Shown here: positions 49,974 to 62,263 of the stretch, piece by piece
Numbering within the stretch: the stretch's first letter is position 1
Layout: every line of letters begins with the position of its first letter
Source: Takakia lepidozioides
Taxonomy: Eukaryota; Plantae; Bryophyta
NCBI GenBank assembly: GCA_030704615.1
Contig: CM060732.1
Coordinates: 31,310,001 to 31,374,000, forward strand
DNA: 64,000 bases
Reading direction: 5' to 3'
Made by a program: the position numbers and the translations under genes
Notes under the pieces: generated by a model
The model's input: the letters and a program-made list of their open reading frames with translations, nothing else
Told to the model about the DNA's origin: nothing
The model's database searches: none

Positions 49974-52414
49974 CTCTCTGTGGGGTTTCTTCAAGGAAAT
50001 CTGACTACCCCATTCCCTTCCAAACAGCTGTCACCTCCCGGCCGTGTTCCTGTGCCCCGCCAAGCCCACCACATGTGACTATACTGCTTGCGCAGCATCT
50101 TTACGACTGATCTCACACTGTGGAAGCACAACTTCTCTCTTCTCCTCTGTCGCTCCCACCGTCCACCCCTTCATGGAAAGATGGGTGCAAGACATGAAAT
50201 CAGGTTCATCTTCGTCGAACCCTCCAATCCCCAACGTCGAGTCAGATTGTTGCTACCTCTACAACCCCAAGTACACACCTGCAACCAACGTCTGAATCAA
50301 GAAAACAATTTACTAGCTTCGTCTGAGTGCGATACATGCAGGATGTGTTGCAAAGAAACACAGCGAATTGGGGGAAGGAACACATCTAGTCATCTACACA
50401 TCCGGTAGTTCCTTCCCATTGAATTACAATCTTCGCAGCAGAGCGAAATGCAACGGAAAGGGTGCAACCCGACAGGGTCACATTCACTTGCCTTCTCAAT
50501 GCAATCTCTGACAGAACTATACGGTGGTTTCCGACATGTCAAATGATCCCCACCCTCTCTTGAGAGTGACATGGAACTGGAGGGAGTGTAACTCCAGTTG
50601 GGGTTACTCACACTTGGTCTCGACAAAGTCCAAATTTGGCTAAGTATAAAATGGACTAAGAAAAGTTCCACGGCTAAAATTACACTACCAAGGGTTGCAG
50701 AGCTATGGGTTGCCCATGGTTTTGCAGGAGCTTCACTTAGTCCGTTAACATCTAGTTATGGTGATGTCTTTGGACGTTACAAGGATTTATGGGATACTAG
50801 TCAAGATGTAATGATTGATGGAATTGTGCTAAAGGTGGTTCGAGGGCATTTCTTGTGCCAGATTGCAAAGGTCATTTTTATGCCTTAAGAAGGAAGCTCA
50901 ATGGAACTAGGTCGAATACATGTAAGTACAACCTAGGATTCATCACGCTGAAAGATTTGGAAACATACCTGAGATTCATTACACTTGATAGGGGCGCAAA
51001 CCTGTATGCAGATGTTGAGAATGTAAGAAGTCATGTGGTTGGGGGTTGGTAGAACGTAAGCACACCCACACGAGCATAGGAAACGTGAGCACACGGAAAT
51101 GGGGTCACGAGTACAAGATACGGCAATAGGGTACCATGTTTCCACGAAAATAGAATACACGCAAAGAAGGTTCTTACATGCGAATTAGGGGTTTCTGCGC
51201 CTATTCTTGTCCCTAAACCCTAAACCCTAATGCGAAATAGGCACCCCTAATGTATATCTACAAGCTCCAAGTTCCAAATATCTACAGCTTATGTTAAGGA
51301 AAAACAAGGTCACAACAACCTGGCAAGACCATCCAAAACAAAGAAATACCAAACAATAATTGAACAATTTAATGTAATGAAACAAGCAACGGATTTCGCC
51401 AGCGAAATAAATCAAGGTAATGGATTTTGCTAGCGAAACAAATAAAGGTATTGAGTTTCGCCACCAAAATTTCAAGGTATTGTTGCGTAGGTTATTACCC
51501 AATGGTTTCGTGGGCGAAAGGTTTTGCGTATAAGGGACGACGTGAGGTTGTTTTATTTCGCTAACGAATTGTTACACTTATTGCGGTAGCTCATTACCCA
51601 TGATTTCATTGGTGGAACAAAATGAATTATGTCTAGTTTCACATATTAATGATTGCTACGAGCGTCTGCACATGATTAAATATGTAATTATTAATCAACA
51701 AAAATTGTTGATGGAGATGGCACCGACGGTAAATTCCCTATACCCCAACTTTGCATTGCGTGAGCACAAATTTCATGTTTTAGTTTCGTTAGAGCATTTT
51801 CTGAGAATATTCTTGGAATATGCGGCATATCCTCTTCTCCTCTCGTGAGAGGGGAGGCCACTCCATCTGTGCCATTCACTCTTCAACTGTTGTGATGTGG
51901 TAAGCTCGGCTGCCTGTCCATTCTTGACAGCTGTCCTGCGCCCTTAACCAGAGGTTCCTTGTATAAAGTTAGCCCTAATAAATGGTGCGGGGCCATTCTT
52001 GGATTGGTGTACAGCCTGGTGTGCCTCGTGTGTGCGGGGGTTCTCGTATTTATGTTGGATGGACAGTTCCTGTCCAGCCTTCCCCTACTTACGTGACCTA
52101 GTGTCCCGCTCTTGTGCATTGCTTGCTCTTTGAATTACTCCCCCCCAATCTAAGAGCGTTTTTTTTAGAGGATCATCGCATCTCCACCAAGCCCAAATCT
52201 CGTCTTCACACTACACTGCATACATTGCGGACGTGTAGCTCATGAACGTCATTCTTCAATACCATGTGTGAAAAGAGGAAATTTCAGTGCGGCAGCTGGA
52301 CACTTATTCGTACGTACCTGGCTTAGATTATCAAGAAGAGACTTTCAGGATCAGATTATCTAAACTGATGATCGAGATGAACTATGTCTGAATCGAGCTT
52401 TCTAAGTCTCTTAA

Positions 52415-53245
52415 CCCTTAAGTTCCCAAGCGACCGTTCCCAAGCGACCTGAATCGGGTCACTTTGAATTTGAGGTTCCACCTTTTTTGCAGATCTAATC
52501 TGATGGGGCCCACTCCTGAAGCTTTAATATCAAGGGATTTGTCTCGAGTATGATGCAAAAAAACAAAACTAAAAAAAAACAAAAGCTGCGACCTACAAAA
52601 AATATCTTAGATCTCATTTTTACGTTTTGGGCCTGAAAATGGCTTGCTGACCGCTGACGTGGCAGGTAAACAAGCCCAAAACAGATTGCACTCCAAAGGC
52701 CATTTTTGGCAGAAAATTAGCAATTTTGGAAAAAACACTTCACCATCTGGTGTGTGAGCATTACATACACACATCCACCATTGGCTTTCAAAAAAATTGT
52801 AGAAAAAAAAGTACTTCATCTGGAGGCACATTTTCTCTTGTCAATTTTGAGATTTCAACCCCCATGTAATTGCATGCAAAGCAAGCATAGGTGAAAAAAT
52901 CAGTTGGACCTGCAATTAGTGGGGTCATAGCCACTCCACTATTGATTTGGAAATGGTGGGTCTTGGGGCAAGCAAAATTGGATAAAGCTAGGTTTTGATT
53001 TGGTCAAACCAATTTCTTTCTCACTTTTTCTTTGGGACCTGATATTTGAGGTCCGGGCAAACTCTATAATCTCACAATTTCCAGGGTGGACTTGGCTCCT
53101 TTTTTGGTATGTCATGCAATGAGCTGGGCCATTGCTATAAGGCTGGAATCTCTGGATGATTTTCGGTAGGTTTCTAGGGGCAATTTACTGCAGCTGGATA
53201 CCCAAAATTGGTAAAAAGTCAAAAAAGGGCTTGGGAACTTAAGGG
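52415..53245. mobile_element. piggyBac-type MITE (831 bp)
   Basis: Perfect 17-bp TIR cccttaagttcccaagc / gcttgggaacttaaggg, with TTAA on both sides. Confidence 0.9.
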
Positions 53246-53399
53246 TTAAGGTCTGGTGACCAGAACCTGACGTCCGGTCTTTCTTCCTCCCTCTAATTTC
53301 TAACTAGCAGCAGGCATTGAAAGAAAATGAAGATGAAACGTAACCATACCTCGAAATCATAGTAGCGGGTTTGAGGAGGATAAAAAGCAGCTACCCCGG

Positions 53400-54070
53400 G
53401 GCTGTACTGTCATGAGTGCTAGCAGGACTAGCACAAGAGCTGATTTCACGTCCAGAGCATTTGCATGTGGCTGCCCATGGTAGCTTGCTCGATTCACGCT
53501 GAGGAACACATGAACAAAATACTCGTCGTAGACGTTCTGAAAGTTGCTGTCGAGTCCAGGGATCTGATGATGATAGGTTGGTTGGCAAGGAGGTAGAGAG
53601 GACTGTGAGGCTTTTGTAGGGCATGGTGGCTCTTCCAAGACGAATCTCCAATTTTTGCAGTCTCAGTCATCTCATATTTGAGGGATGTGCTTTGACTGAG
53701 CGCGTCCTGACCAATTTTATGGTTGTTGGCTGCCAACTGCATTTATAGGATCAACAGTGTAACAAGTTGTACCTAGTGGACAATGTGAGCTTGTTTTTTG
53801 AGAGTTGTGGAAGAAGCTTTGCTTTAACCTCACAGCTCTGCTTTCAGGATCCTTGAATCCTAAAAACTGTTCACTCTGATGGTGCCTGCATTCCGTCAAG
53901 TCTGGAGTTCTACCTTCCCCTCTTCACTCTGATTTTGATATTTGTGTGTCCAGGTGGGTACTTAATAACCACACCTAATCTGTTGTGTAGAAGATATCTC
54001 ATCTTCTTCTGATGTGGGTTTATGCTATGCTCTTGATACCACCACCAGCAAGTGGTATAAGCTGGACCTC
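53400..54070 (+). pseudogene. Inverted duplicate of 44560-45330 (UGT 3' remnant plus downstream flank)
   Basis: For example 53480-53615 matches the reverse complement of 45160-45280, and 53640-54067 matches the reverse complement of 44562-45020. Confidence 0.8.
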
Positions 54071-54912
54071 CGTCAAGACTTATGTGGATCTATTTGCCTC
54101 ATTAACCTTCGGGGTTTGACTGGATAGCGCTACAGACTTCCAAAGAAAAGACATTGGTTTACGACATGGGCCAGAGGTCATGACAGTGGCTACCACTTTG
54201 TCCCTTCGATACAAGAAATGCTCGACATCAGATAAGCTTTGTGTTCCAATCTGACGTTTAGCTTTGTTCAGCATGTCTAGAATATATGTTGGGCTCAATG
54301 ACAATGTTGGGCATTATGTGGTCAGAACCACACGGTTCACTTGTTTTCTCTGTAGGAGTTCTATGAATGGTTGCAATCCAATGGTACTATGCATACGTCT
54401 TGTAATGCACTTAAGCTCACAAACATCACAACTCGGACATGTTACATGAACTCCCAACAGTTAAAATGTGTGACTTTCACTAGCTCGGCATAGATCATCC
54501 CATGCGTGTCAGATGACCGATAGAGGCTCCCATTTAGGTGGATCCACCTCACCTCATTTGTGGCTTATCCCCATATATGATCCACTCTTGATTCACTTCA
54601 TTTATGAGGGGATCAATCTTCTCATGCCAGTAGGAAGATCCTAGGGTATAATCCAATGTTCGGAGTTGATTGTGGGGTCAACCAACCTGATCCACATGTC
54701 ATTCTGTGTATAAACACTTGCCCAGTGATTCAGATCTTGAGCACGATACCAGCCACAGAACTCTCAGGACCACAGCATGATAATCTGCATCTCCTTTTCT
54801 CTGCTGTACAGAAAGATCCCATGATGCAGGCCATCACGAACACACCTTGGCTCCATAGCAAGTACAAGTTGGTCGACCGATTCTTCTTGGTCCCATAAAC
54901 CCCCTGCTTCTC

Positions 54913-57900
54913 TTACTCACTCGTAAATGTCATCAATTGATCATCCTGGGGGCTTGCTGGCTGTGACATCTGCCCGTGTTGCTGAGTTTGCCGAAATTCT
55001 TCTAACAAGCGCCTATATTGAGCACGGGCCTGACGCGAGCGCACCATAGACTGTACACGAATGACTGCCTTTTCCAGAGCCGCTTCAGCTGTCCTTCTTT
55101 TCTCTATAAGAAACAGATCATCGCTCTCTGCATCAGAAATGATCCCCTCCCCAGTCCTGAACCCTCTTAGCCCTGACGTCCTACGGCGCCACCGGAGTAC
55201 TGCCTTCTCTACAACACTTACTGCCCATAGGAGTTTCAAACGCCTGCGAACGAGAGTTCCCCGCATATGCGCCTGCAATTTTACAATCCGCTGACGAATA
55301 AGGAGGAAATCCTTGCGGCCCTTCCAGCCTCGGAACTTCTGCTGTATGCGAGTAGCAGCTAATCGCATCTTCTTTTCCTGGTGACCCCGATAGGCCCTTT
55401 GGATTTTCTGGGCTGCCAGCATCTTGCGCACCTGGCTTTCGGTCAGGCCAAACTCATTCTTATGCATGGATGACAGAAAATCTTGATCTCGCTTCCGGAA
55501 GGAATGCTGCCGGAAAGCAGCCTGTATCAGGGCTGCAGCCTGTGTCGCATTCCGAAGAGCCTGAAGCGACTCAATCATCGACAGCTGGTCCTCCACTATC
55601 TCCATACTTCGTTGAATGCTCGCACGTCGTGACATTTTGGCCACGGCTTCATCACCCACGATCTGTGATGTGAGGATATCGGCATCGTTCACAACTCCCT
55701 TGTCTGTGAGACTCATGGATGAAAGTCGACATGTCAAGCTCGATTCAGCCAAAAACCCTGAAATGCCCCCATGCCCATTGCTTGCTGCTAAGTCTGCTGG
55801 GGTTTGCCCTGCTGTAAAGTTAGGGGTGGGGTCAGTCACAGTTCCTGGATCTGCACCAGCTCCCAACAGTGTTACCACAACTTGTTCCCTGCCACATGAT
55901 GCTGCCCAATGAAGTGCAGTCCAGCCATGCACATCCCGGAAATTTATAGGAATGCCTGAAGCCAAAAGAGGGGCAACTGCCCACACATATCCAAGAGCTG
56001 CCACCATATGGAACACACTCTGCCCCTGGTGGTCAAGAATTGCAGGTCCTTTCCCTTCTTCCTGCACTTTTCTAAGTAGCCACGTCTGCATGCGATACTT
56101 CAGTAACATTTGCAGCAACTGCTCCTGAAAGTCTGATGCCGGCAGGTCCGCGTGGCCCTTGACCAGCATCTCAAGTGACTCCCACTCATCATTGCTATGG
56201 CTAGAATCAAGGCAAAAGGGGACATCGATGTGTGAGATGGAGCCATGCATGCCCCACTCCTGGTCATTGGCATCGGCCAGTAGCATTCGTGCCAGTCGAA
56301 CCTTGAACATCATCTCTTCCTCTCTTTCAGATTCTGACTTGAAGTAAGCTGCAATATGTGGTGCATCCCCTACATTGGGTGCAACTGCCAAACGGTACTC
56401 AAATTCAAGTACTTGACTATGAGCTTGCCGGTCGCCGCAAGTGACGTAAAAAGGAACCCTTCCAGGAGCATGGGCAGGAGCTGTACATCTTAACACCCCA
56501 GTTTCAAGCAGTTCTGCAGGAACCTCAACCTCGCCAAACATACAGCACCACTTGTAGTCGGATGGGTGGTTGAAACCCTGCAGAAATGTGCCCGTAATTA
56601 GCACTTTTGTTTCTTCTGCTGAGAAGGACCACGCTGGTGAGTACTCGACAATATTGAAATTCTGGGCCTGTGAGGGGGATTCACTCAACTCCGTGCCACC
56701 CTGAATCTGAGTTGGCATCGTAGCGATGTCTTCACCCACCCCTTGGTCCTGGAGTGTTGAATCCCAAGACAACCCCGACTGTACTCGACCTGGGACAGGG
56801 GATTGCTGACCGCCCTCCCCCATTTCTTTGCCCATCCACCTTCCAAAACTATCTAGCTTTGCAAGGCTGTCAAAGTTGCAGTTCTTGAAGCTGTCCAACT
56901 TTAAGTATTTTTCCAATTCCGAGGGCTTGATATCCCACTGGTCATCCATGTGCTGCAAGTCTGGCTGTATTGCAGGATGGTGTCGATGATTTCCCTCAGC
57001 AGCCTTGAGAGCATTTTCTTCAGTTGCATCTCGCAACCTGGCCTCAAGTGGCGTCTGTGGTTCCCGCCCTAGACCCCTGGGAGACAATGCCTCCAGGATG
57101 CCTTTTGGAGATGGAACTCCCGAGGCCGATGGTACATCTTGAGTACCAGAGCTTTCACTCAGGCCAATCATTTCTGTTGGATTGTTAGACATTAATGAAT
57201 CTAGAAGCTGTCGCTGGGTTGCTGGTGTGGTGCATTGCTCGAGCATATCAGCCCATGTAAAACCCTTCATACTATCCTGTTTGACATATATGCCTGCCCC
57301 ACCTGCACTCTGATTTCCAAATGATGTTCCCATATCCCCACTCCTCGAATTTGTCACCGAAGGCTGGTTTCTCTGACCATCCTCCAGTAACAGGTTCCAC
57401 CCTGTCATGTCCAGGGTAATGGCTTGGTTGAGTGAACCCTGGCCCACATCATTGGTTTCAGAATTGTTCAACAAATCAGCGAAACTGAGACTGTCTAGAT
57501 TTGCTATGTCACTGCTGGTCTCTGCATAATCCATGGGCAACTGACTCTCTTCCCCTGTAGACATGACATCCTGGACTGTGGCCAATATCGAATCTAGCTG
57601 CTTGTCAAGACGCTGGCCCAATTCCGATGCTGATGTCTGACGAGGATATCGTGTGGTAGAACTCAGCAAATTTTCCCCTTGGACAGAATGAGCAGACATC
57701 CAACTACTCGAGGTTAGGGAGGAACTAACCCCTCCATCCATTTGCACTGGTTGTAGAACTGGTGACCAGCTGTTTGAAGTGAAGGCCGCACTCCTGATTT
57801 CAGGCGCAACTGGCACTCCAGGCGAAACTTGCTCAAGCAATGAAGGCTGGTGGCTAGGAACTGGACCTTCCAGAGCCGAGACGTGTTCGTCATTATCCCC

Positions 57901-58437
57901 CTCTTCAGCTTCGACTTCTAACGACACTGTGGAGCTATTTACTTCTGGAGAACTAGTGAGAAGAGGCGCACAGTGGGATTCCGACGTCGGGAATCTGGTT
58001 CCCTCTGTGACTTCTCTGTAGTGGACCAGCACGATATGCTCCATGGCAGGGTCAAGCATCCAATAGCACCGGCGCTGAAAATTGCCACTCTCTTCACCAT
58101 GTGCATAGTAGCAGTGCAAGGTGTCCACACTCCCCGTTTTCAACCGTTCATGAGCCTCACGCACAGTCTTACCATCCTTCTTCTTCCTCCAGTTATGCCC
58201 GTCTTTTCTGAAGTACCTCAGTACCTTTCTATCAAATAAAAACATGGAGCCACTCTTTGGCCGATATGGAGCTACAGGATTCAGCTTGAATCCATATTGA
58301 CTGTATTTGCTCAAAATCTCACTAACCTCCACTGGTCTTAGCCACCGCACCTGGGCTTCATTGATGGCTTGCACAACATCCACTTCAGGCTGGGGGGTAA
58401 GATTACGGAGCCGACGATGGTCTGACAAGCTTGCCAT
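54913..58437 (-). CDS. CAMTA: Calmodulin-binding transcription activator, 1174 aa, intronless CDS
   Basis: CG-1 domain (RWLRPVEV, FRKDGHNWRKKKDGKTVREAHERLK, FQRRCYWML), TIG (YSPAWS...KVLITG), ankyrin repeats (GWTALHWAA), IQ motifs (IQAAFR, IQRAYRG, IQQKFRGWKGR) and CaM-binding WAVSVVEKAVLRWRR. Confidence 0.97.
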   Translation of the reverse strand: MASLSDHRRLRNLTPQPEVDVVQAINEAQVRWLRPVEVSEILSKYSQYGFKLNPVAPYRPKSGSMFLFDRKVLRYFRKDGHNWRKKKDGKTVREAHERLKTGSVDTLHCYYAHGEESGNFQRRCYWMLDPAMEHIVLVHYREVTEGTRFPTSESHCAPLLTSSPEVNSSTVSLEVEAEEGDNDEHVSALEGPVPSHQPSLLEQVSPGVPVAPEIRSAAFTSNSWSPVLQPVQMDGGVSSSLTSSSWMSAHSVQGENLLSSTTRYPRQTSASELGQRLDKQLDSILATVQDVMSTGEESQLPMDYAETSSDIANLDSLSFADLLNNSETNDVGQGSLNQAITLDMTGWNLLLEDGQRNQPSVTNSRSGDMGTSFGNQSAGGAGIYVKQDSMKGFTWADMLEQCTTPATQRQLLDSLMSNNPTEMIGLSESSGTQDVPSASGVPSPKGILEALSPRGLGREPQTPLEARLRDATEENALKAAEGNHRHHPAIQPDLQHMDDQWDIKPSELEKYLKLDSFKNCNFDSLAKLDSFGRWMGKEMGEGGQQSPVPGRVQSGLSWDSTLQDQGVGEDIATMPTQIQGGTELSESPSQAQNFNIVEYSPAWSFSAEETKVLITGTFLQGFNHPSDYKWCCMFGEVEVPAELLETGVLRCTAPAHAPGRVPFYVTCGDRQAHSQVLEFEYRLAVAPNVGDAPHIAAYFKSESEREEEMMFKVRLARMLLADANDQEWGMHGSISHIDVPFCLDSSHSNDEWESLEMLVKGHADLPASDFQEQLLQMLLKYRMQTWLLRKVQEEGKGPAILDHQGQSVFHMVAALGYVWAVAPLLASGIPINFRDVHGWTALHWAASCGREQVVVTLLGAGADPGTVTDPTPNFTAGQTPADLAASNGHGGISGFLAESSLTCRLSSMSLTDKGVVNDADILTSQIVGDEAVAKMSRRASIQRSMEIVEDQLSMIESLQALRNATQAAALIQAAFRQHSFRKRDQDFLSSMHKNEFGLTESQVRKMLAAQKIQRAYRGHQEKKMRLAATRIQQKFRGWKGRKDFLLIRQRIVKLQAHMRGTLVRRRLKLLWAVSVVEKAVLRWRRRTSGLRGFRTGEGIISDAESDDLFLIEKRRTAEAALEKAVIRVQSMVRSRQARAQYRRLLEEFRQTQQHGQMSQPASPQDDQLMTFTSE

Positions 58438-60750
58438 GTTGCCTTTTCACTGTATGATACAAAAGTGATCACTTACAAAGTACGAAAGATGAAACACCTC
58501 CTCCGCCAGTCTTCTCCTTGTTTGTAGCAAATTTTCTGTCGGAAAATGTTCACAAAGGGAGCGAATCCTAACACATACGCACACATGATAGATAAGGAGA
58601 AAAACCCGAGTTCAACCACTGAACTGCAAGAAACGAAAGAGGAAGCTGTTGCGTCATAATATCTAGTGAGGGGAATACAAAAGCTAAACCTAGCTTGCGA
58701 CAACTTCTCTACGCTGTGCAGTGTGCAGTATGTTAAGGGCAGAGATGACTGTACGACTAAGCCAAAAGACAGAAAATTTGAGAACGCCGCTCCACTATCG
58801 TGCATAGAAAAAATACCAAAGACTTCACACCAAAAAACAAATAGTCACAACAGTCCAAATGTACAGCCTGCATGCACAGGAAGCTACCGCAATCCTCGAA
58901 GGGAGGGAGTGGGAACCTGTAATTTGTCAGAAGACGAAAAATATATCTTACATAGCAACTTTCCCCTCCATCATGGGACACTCTAGCAGCACACGAAGGG
59001 AGCGATGGGGGGCAGCCAACTCAAGCTCCAGTTCCCCACTAAGACAAAAACAGCAAACTCCTCCTGAAAATTCTAGTATGCTACAGAGAGAAGGCAAAAA
59101 ACATAATTTAACAAAGCATACAGTCCACGCAGTCCCGACCTCAGTCCGCATGCATGCGAGGGCGGCATCCCACAGTCATGAATCCCCACGCGAGAGTGCG
59201 AAGCGAGCTGACGCGAAGAAGAGAGCGCTGCATTCGCGCGGCCTCTTAGCAGCCTCCACGAATTACTTACACCTTTTCTATTGACTTTGCATATTATACA
59301 ATCATTTGTGGGATGATGACTCGCACTTCATCCATGGGTCATTCATGACCGTTCATCTAACGATGGCGAAAGATGAAACGAGGAATTTTTCTCATTTTTA
59401 CCCCAGATAAAATTGATAAGATGCCCCACATCCAGGGCATCCCAACACACTTGAAAGTGCCTGATTTCATGAAGTCCACACAAAGTTGTGGGGTTTCAAA
59501 GTTGAACCAATCAGAAATGTTGTGTGAAGTGTGAACCGTGGGCCCTATGACCAATCACATTTTTTGGGGGGTTATATCAAACAACTGTTTGCCAAGTGGC
59601 AAAACTGAGCAGTCTTGGGCCCAACAATGGTAGCTCGACCAGTCATAGGGTGTTTTACCCTACAACTTAGCTACCATTCTTCCCTCACTTTCTCTCCGGT
59701 CCCATCTCTAGTCACAAGACACCTTTCTATTCATCCGTTGCCGCTGCGGAGGTTTCTTGCAGTGTAAGTTCAGAAACCTCTTGGTTTGTATTTTTTTGAC
59801 GCGTTCCTCCTAAAGCTTTGTGTGTGTTGTGACATTTTAAATCGACCTACATCGTTAGGATGCCAGCTCGTGCCAAGTTTTTCTTAGTTCTGGCTAAACC
59901 CTAATATATTTTAGCCAAAATGTCACATTTTTTGTAGCCAAATAAATATATTGTTAATAATTAAAGTATTGAAGGGGAAAAAAAGAGTTAAATCCCAAAG
60001 GGTGCCAAACGCCCTCAATAGTCAACCATGACCAAGAAGAAAAATGAAGCTTGGGAACAATTGTATGGCGGCTCTTGTTGGTCAGGGCTACTCAGAAATT
60101 AGATGATTGCAAAAAATATGGGTGCAAAATCTACAACCCTGGAAGGCCTTTCTCAATCTTTTCCTAGGGACATTATGCTTACTTTTTTTGTGAGATTGTC
60201 AAGGAATGGATCTGTGGGGGTTAGAGAGGGGTCAGGTAAAAAACTTGAAGACATTTTGTCCTCCATGAGTCGAGCAGGGGAGGGTTTTGTCACAACAGGT
60301 GGTCATCGCATTGGCTCCAAAGTATAGAGTTCAAATGCCGATGCTTACGGCTGTAGCTCACATTCTTGACAATGAACTGCAATTATAAGATTTTGACGCA
60401 CAGGAGTCAGAACAACTTTTTAAATGGTTTTTTGAGATCAATTTTTTTCTTCAATCTACAATTATGTACTCACAAGACGCGGTTTGCCGTAGCCTTCTGG
60501 CCATTGACCCCGCGTCAAGACATCCTTGCGACATTCTTTGTCATAGCTTTGGTATTCACAATAACTTCATTTTTGTTATAGGGATTCGAACCCTTATAGA
60601 ACGTCTATCGAGGACAAAATCTTTAATTATAATAAATGGTGTCACCTACAAAATTTGTAGGTACATACCAATAAATAGTACATGTGATTCTTAAATGTAA
60701 CTATCAAAGTTGATACATTTATTATAGTACTTTTTTCTTTCTTTTTTCCC

Positions 60751-61863
60751 TTAGGACTCCTTAGGGCGGCCCTAAAGAGTCCTAAGAGCAATAAAAAATA
60801 ACAATTTACATCTTTCTATTTTCCCCTCTTATGACTCCTTAGAGCCGCCGTAAGGAGTCCTAAGGGCAATTATAAATATACATCTTTCCATTTTCCCTCC
60901 TCTTAAGGCTAATATAAATAATAATTTATATCATTTTATTTTCCCACTCTTAAGAGTTCTTAGGGTCGCCCTAAGAAGTCCTAAAGGCAATTATAAGTAA
61001 TAATTTACATCTTTCAATTTTCCCCTTCTTAGGATTCCTTAGGGCGGCCCTAAGGAGTCCTAAAGGCAATTATAGATAATAATTTATATGTTTCTATTTT
61101 CTTCCTCTTATAACCCCTTACGTTGTGGAAACAAGTCTTAAGGACAATTATTTATGTCTTTCCATTTTTCTCCTCTTAGGACTCCTTAGGACTGTCCCTA
61201 AGAAGTCATAAGGGTAGTTATAAATAATAATTTATATGTTTTTATTTTCCCCCCTTTTAGGACTCTTTAGGGCGGCCTAAAGTAGTCCTAAGGGCAATTA
61301 TAAATAATAATTTATACATTTTTATTTTCCCCCTCTTAGGACTCATTAGGGCCGCCCTAAGGAGTCCTAAGGGCAATTATAGATAGTAATTTACATCTTT
61401 CAATTTTCCCCTTCTTAGGACTCCTTAGGGCGGCCCTAAGGAGTCCTAAGGGCAATTGTAGATAATGATTTATATGTTTCTATTTCCCCCCCTCTTATAA
61501 CCCTTTAGGTTACCTAAACGGGTCTTAAGGACAATTATTTACGTCTTTCCATTTTTCTCATCTTAGGACTGTCCTATGAAGCCTTAAGGGTAATTATAAA
61601 TAATAATTTATACGTTTTTATTTTCCCCTCTGTTAGGACTCCTTAGGGCTTAGGGCAGTCATAAGGAGTCCTAAGGGTAATTATAAATATTATATTATAT
61701 ATTTCCGTTTTCCCCTCTTAGGACTCCTTAGGGCAGTCCTAAGGAGTCCTAAGGGCAATTATAGATAATAATTATATGTTTCCATTTTTCCCCTTTTATA
61801 ACTCCTTAGGTTGCCTAAATGGGTCTTAAGGGCAATTATTTATGTCTTTCCATTTTTCTCCTC
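60751..61863. repeat. Tandem array of ~14 units (~78-bp period), each with a 35-bp palindrome and an AT-rich linker
   Basis: Consensus ttaggactccttaggg-cgg-ccctaaggagtcctaa; a higher-order block of ~385 bp (60950-61335 vs 61336-61717). Confidence 0.92.
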
Positions 61864-61867
61864 TTAA

Positions 61868-62263
61868 CCCTTAAGTTCCCAAGCCCTTTTTGACTTTTTA
61901 CCAATTTTGGGTACCCAGCTGCAGTAAATTGCCCCTAGAAACCTACCAAAAATCATCCACAGATTCCAGCCTTATAGCAATGGGCCTAGCTCATTTATGC
62001 ATGACATACCAAAAATGAGCCAAGTCCACCGTGGAAATTGTGAGATTATAGCGTTGGCCCGGACCTCAAATATCGGGTCCCCAAAGAAAAAGTGAGAAAG
62101 AAATAGGTTTGACCAAATCAAAACCTAGCTTTCTCTAATTTTGCTTGCCCCAAGACCCACCATTTCCAAATCAATAGTGGAGTGGCCATGACCCACTAAT
62201 TGCAGGTCCAACTGATTTTTTCACCTATGCTTGCTATTCATGCAATTACATGGGGGTTGAAAT
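61868..62263. mobile_element. Truncated inverted copy of the piggyBac-type MITE
   Basis: TTAA followed by cccttaagttcccaagcc; reverse complement of ~52850-53245. Confidence 0.88.

Noticed and set aside
51211-51230. Telomere
   Set aside because: Fewer than three CCCTAAA units (similar short motifs at ~8883 and ~42544); telo-box-like or TE-borne.
55061-58239. Plus-strand ORFs overlapping CAMTA
   Set aside because: Antisense shadows of a long coding sequence.
59180-59245. CAMTA autoregulation through CGCG boxes
   Set aside because: A few CGCG cores are present, but short motifs in a GC-rich leader are expected by chance.
60751-61863. CRISPR array
   Set aside because: The linkers are repeated rather than unique; this is a tandem repeat.
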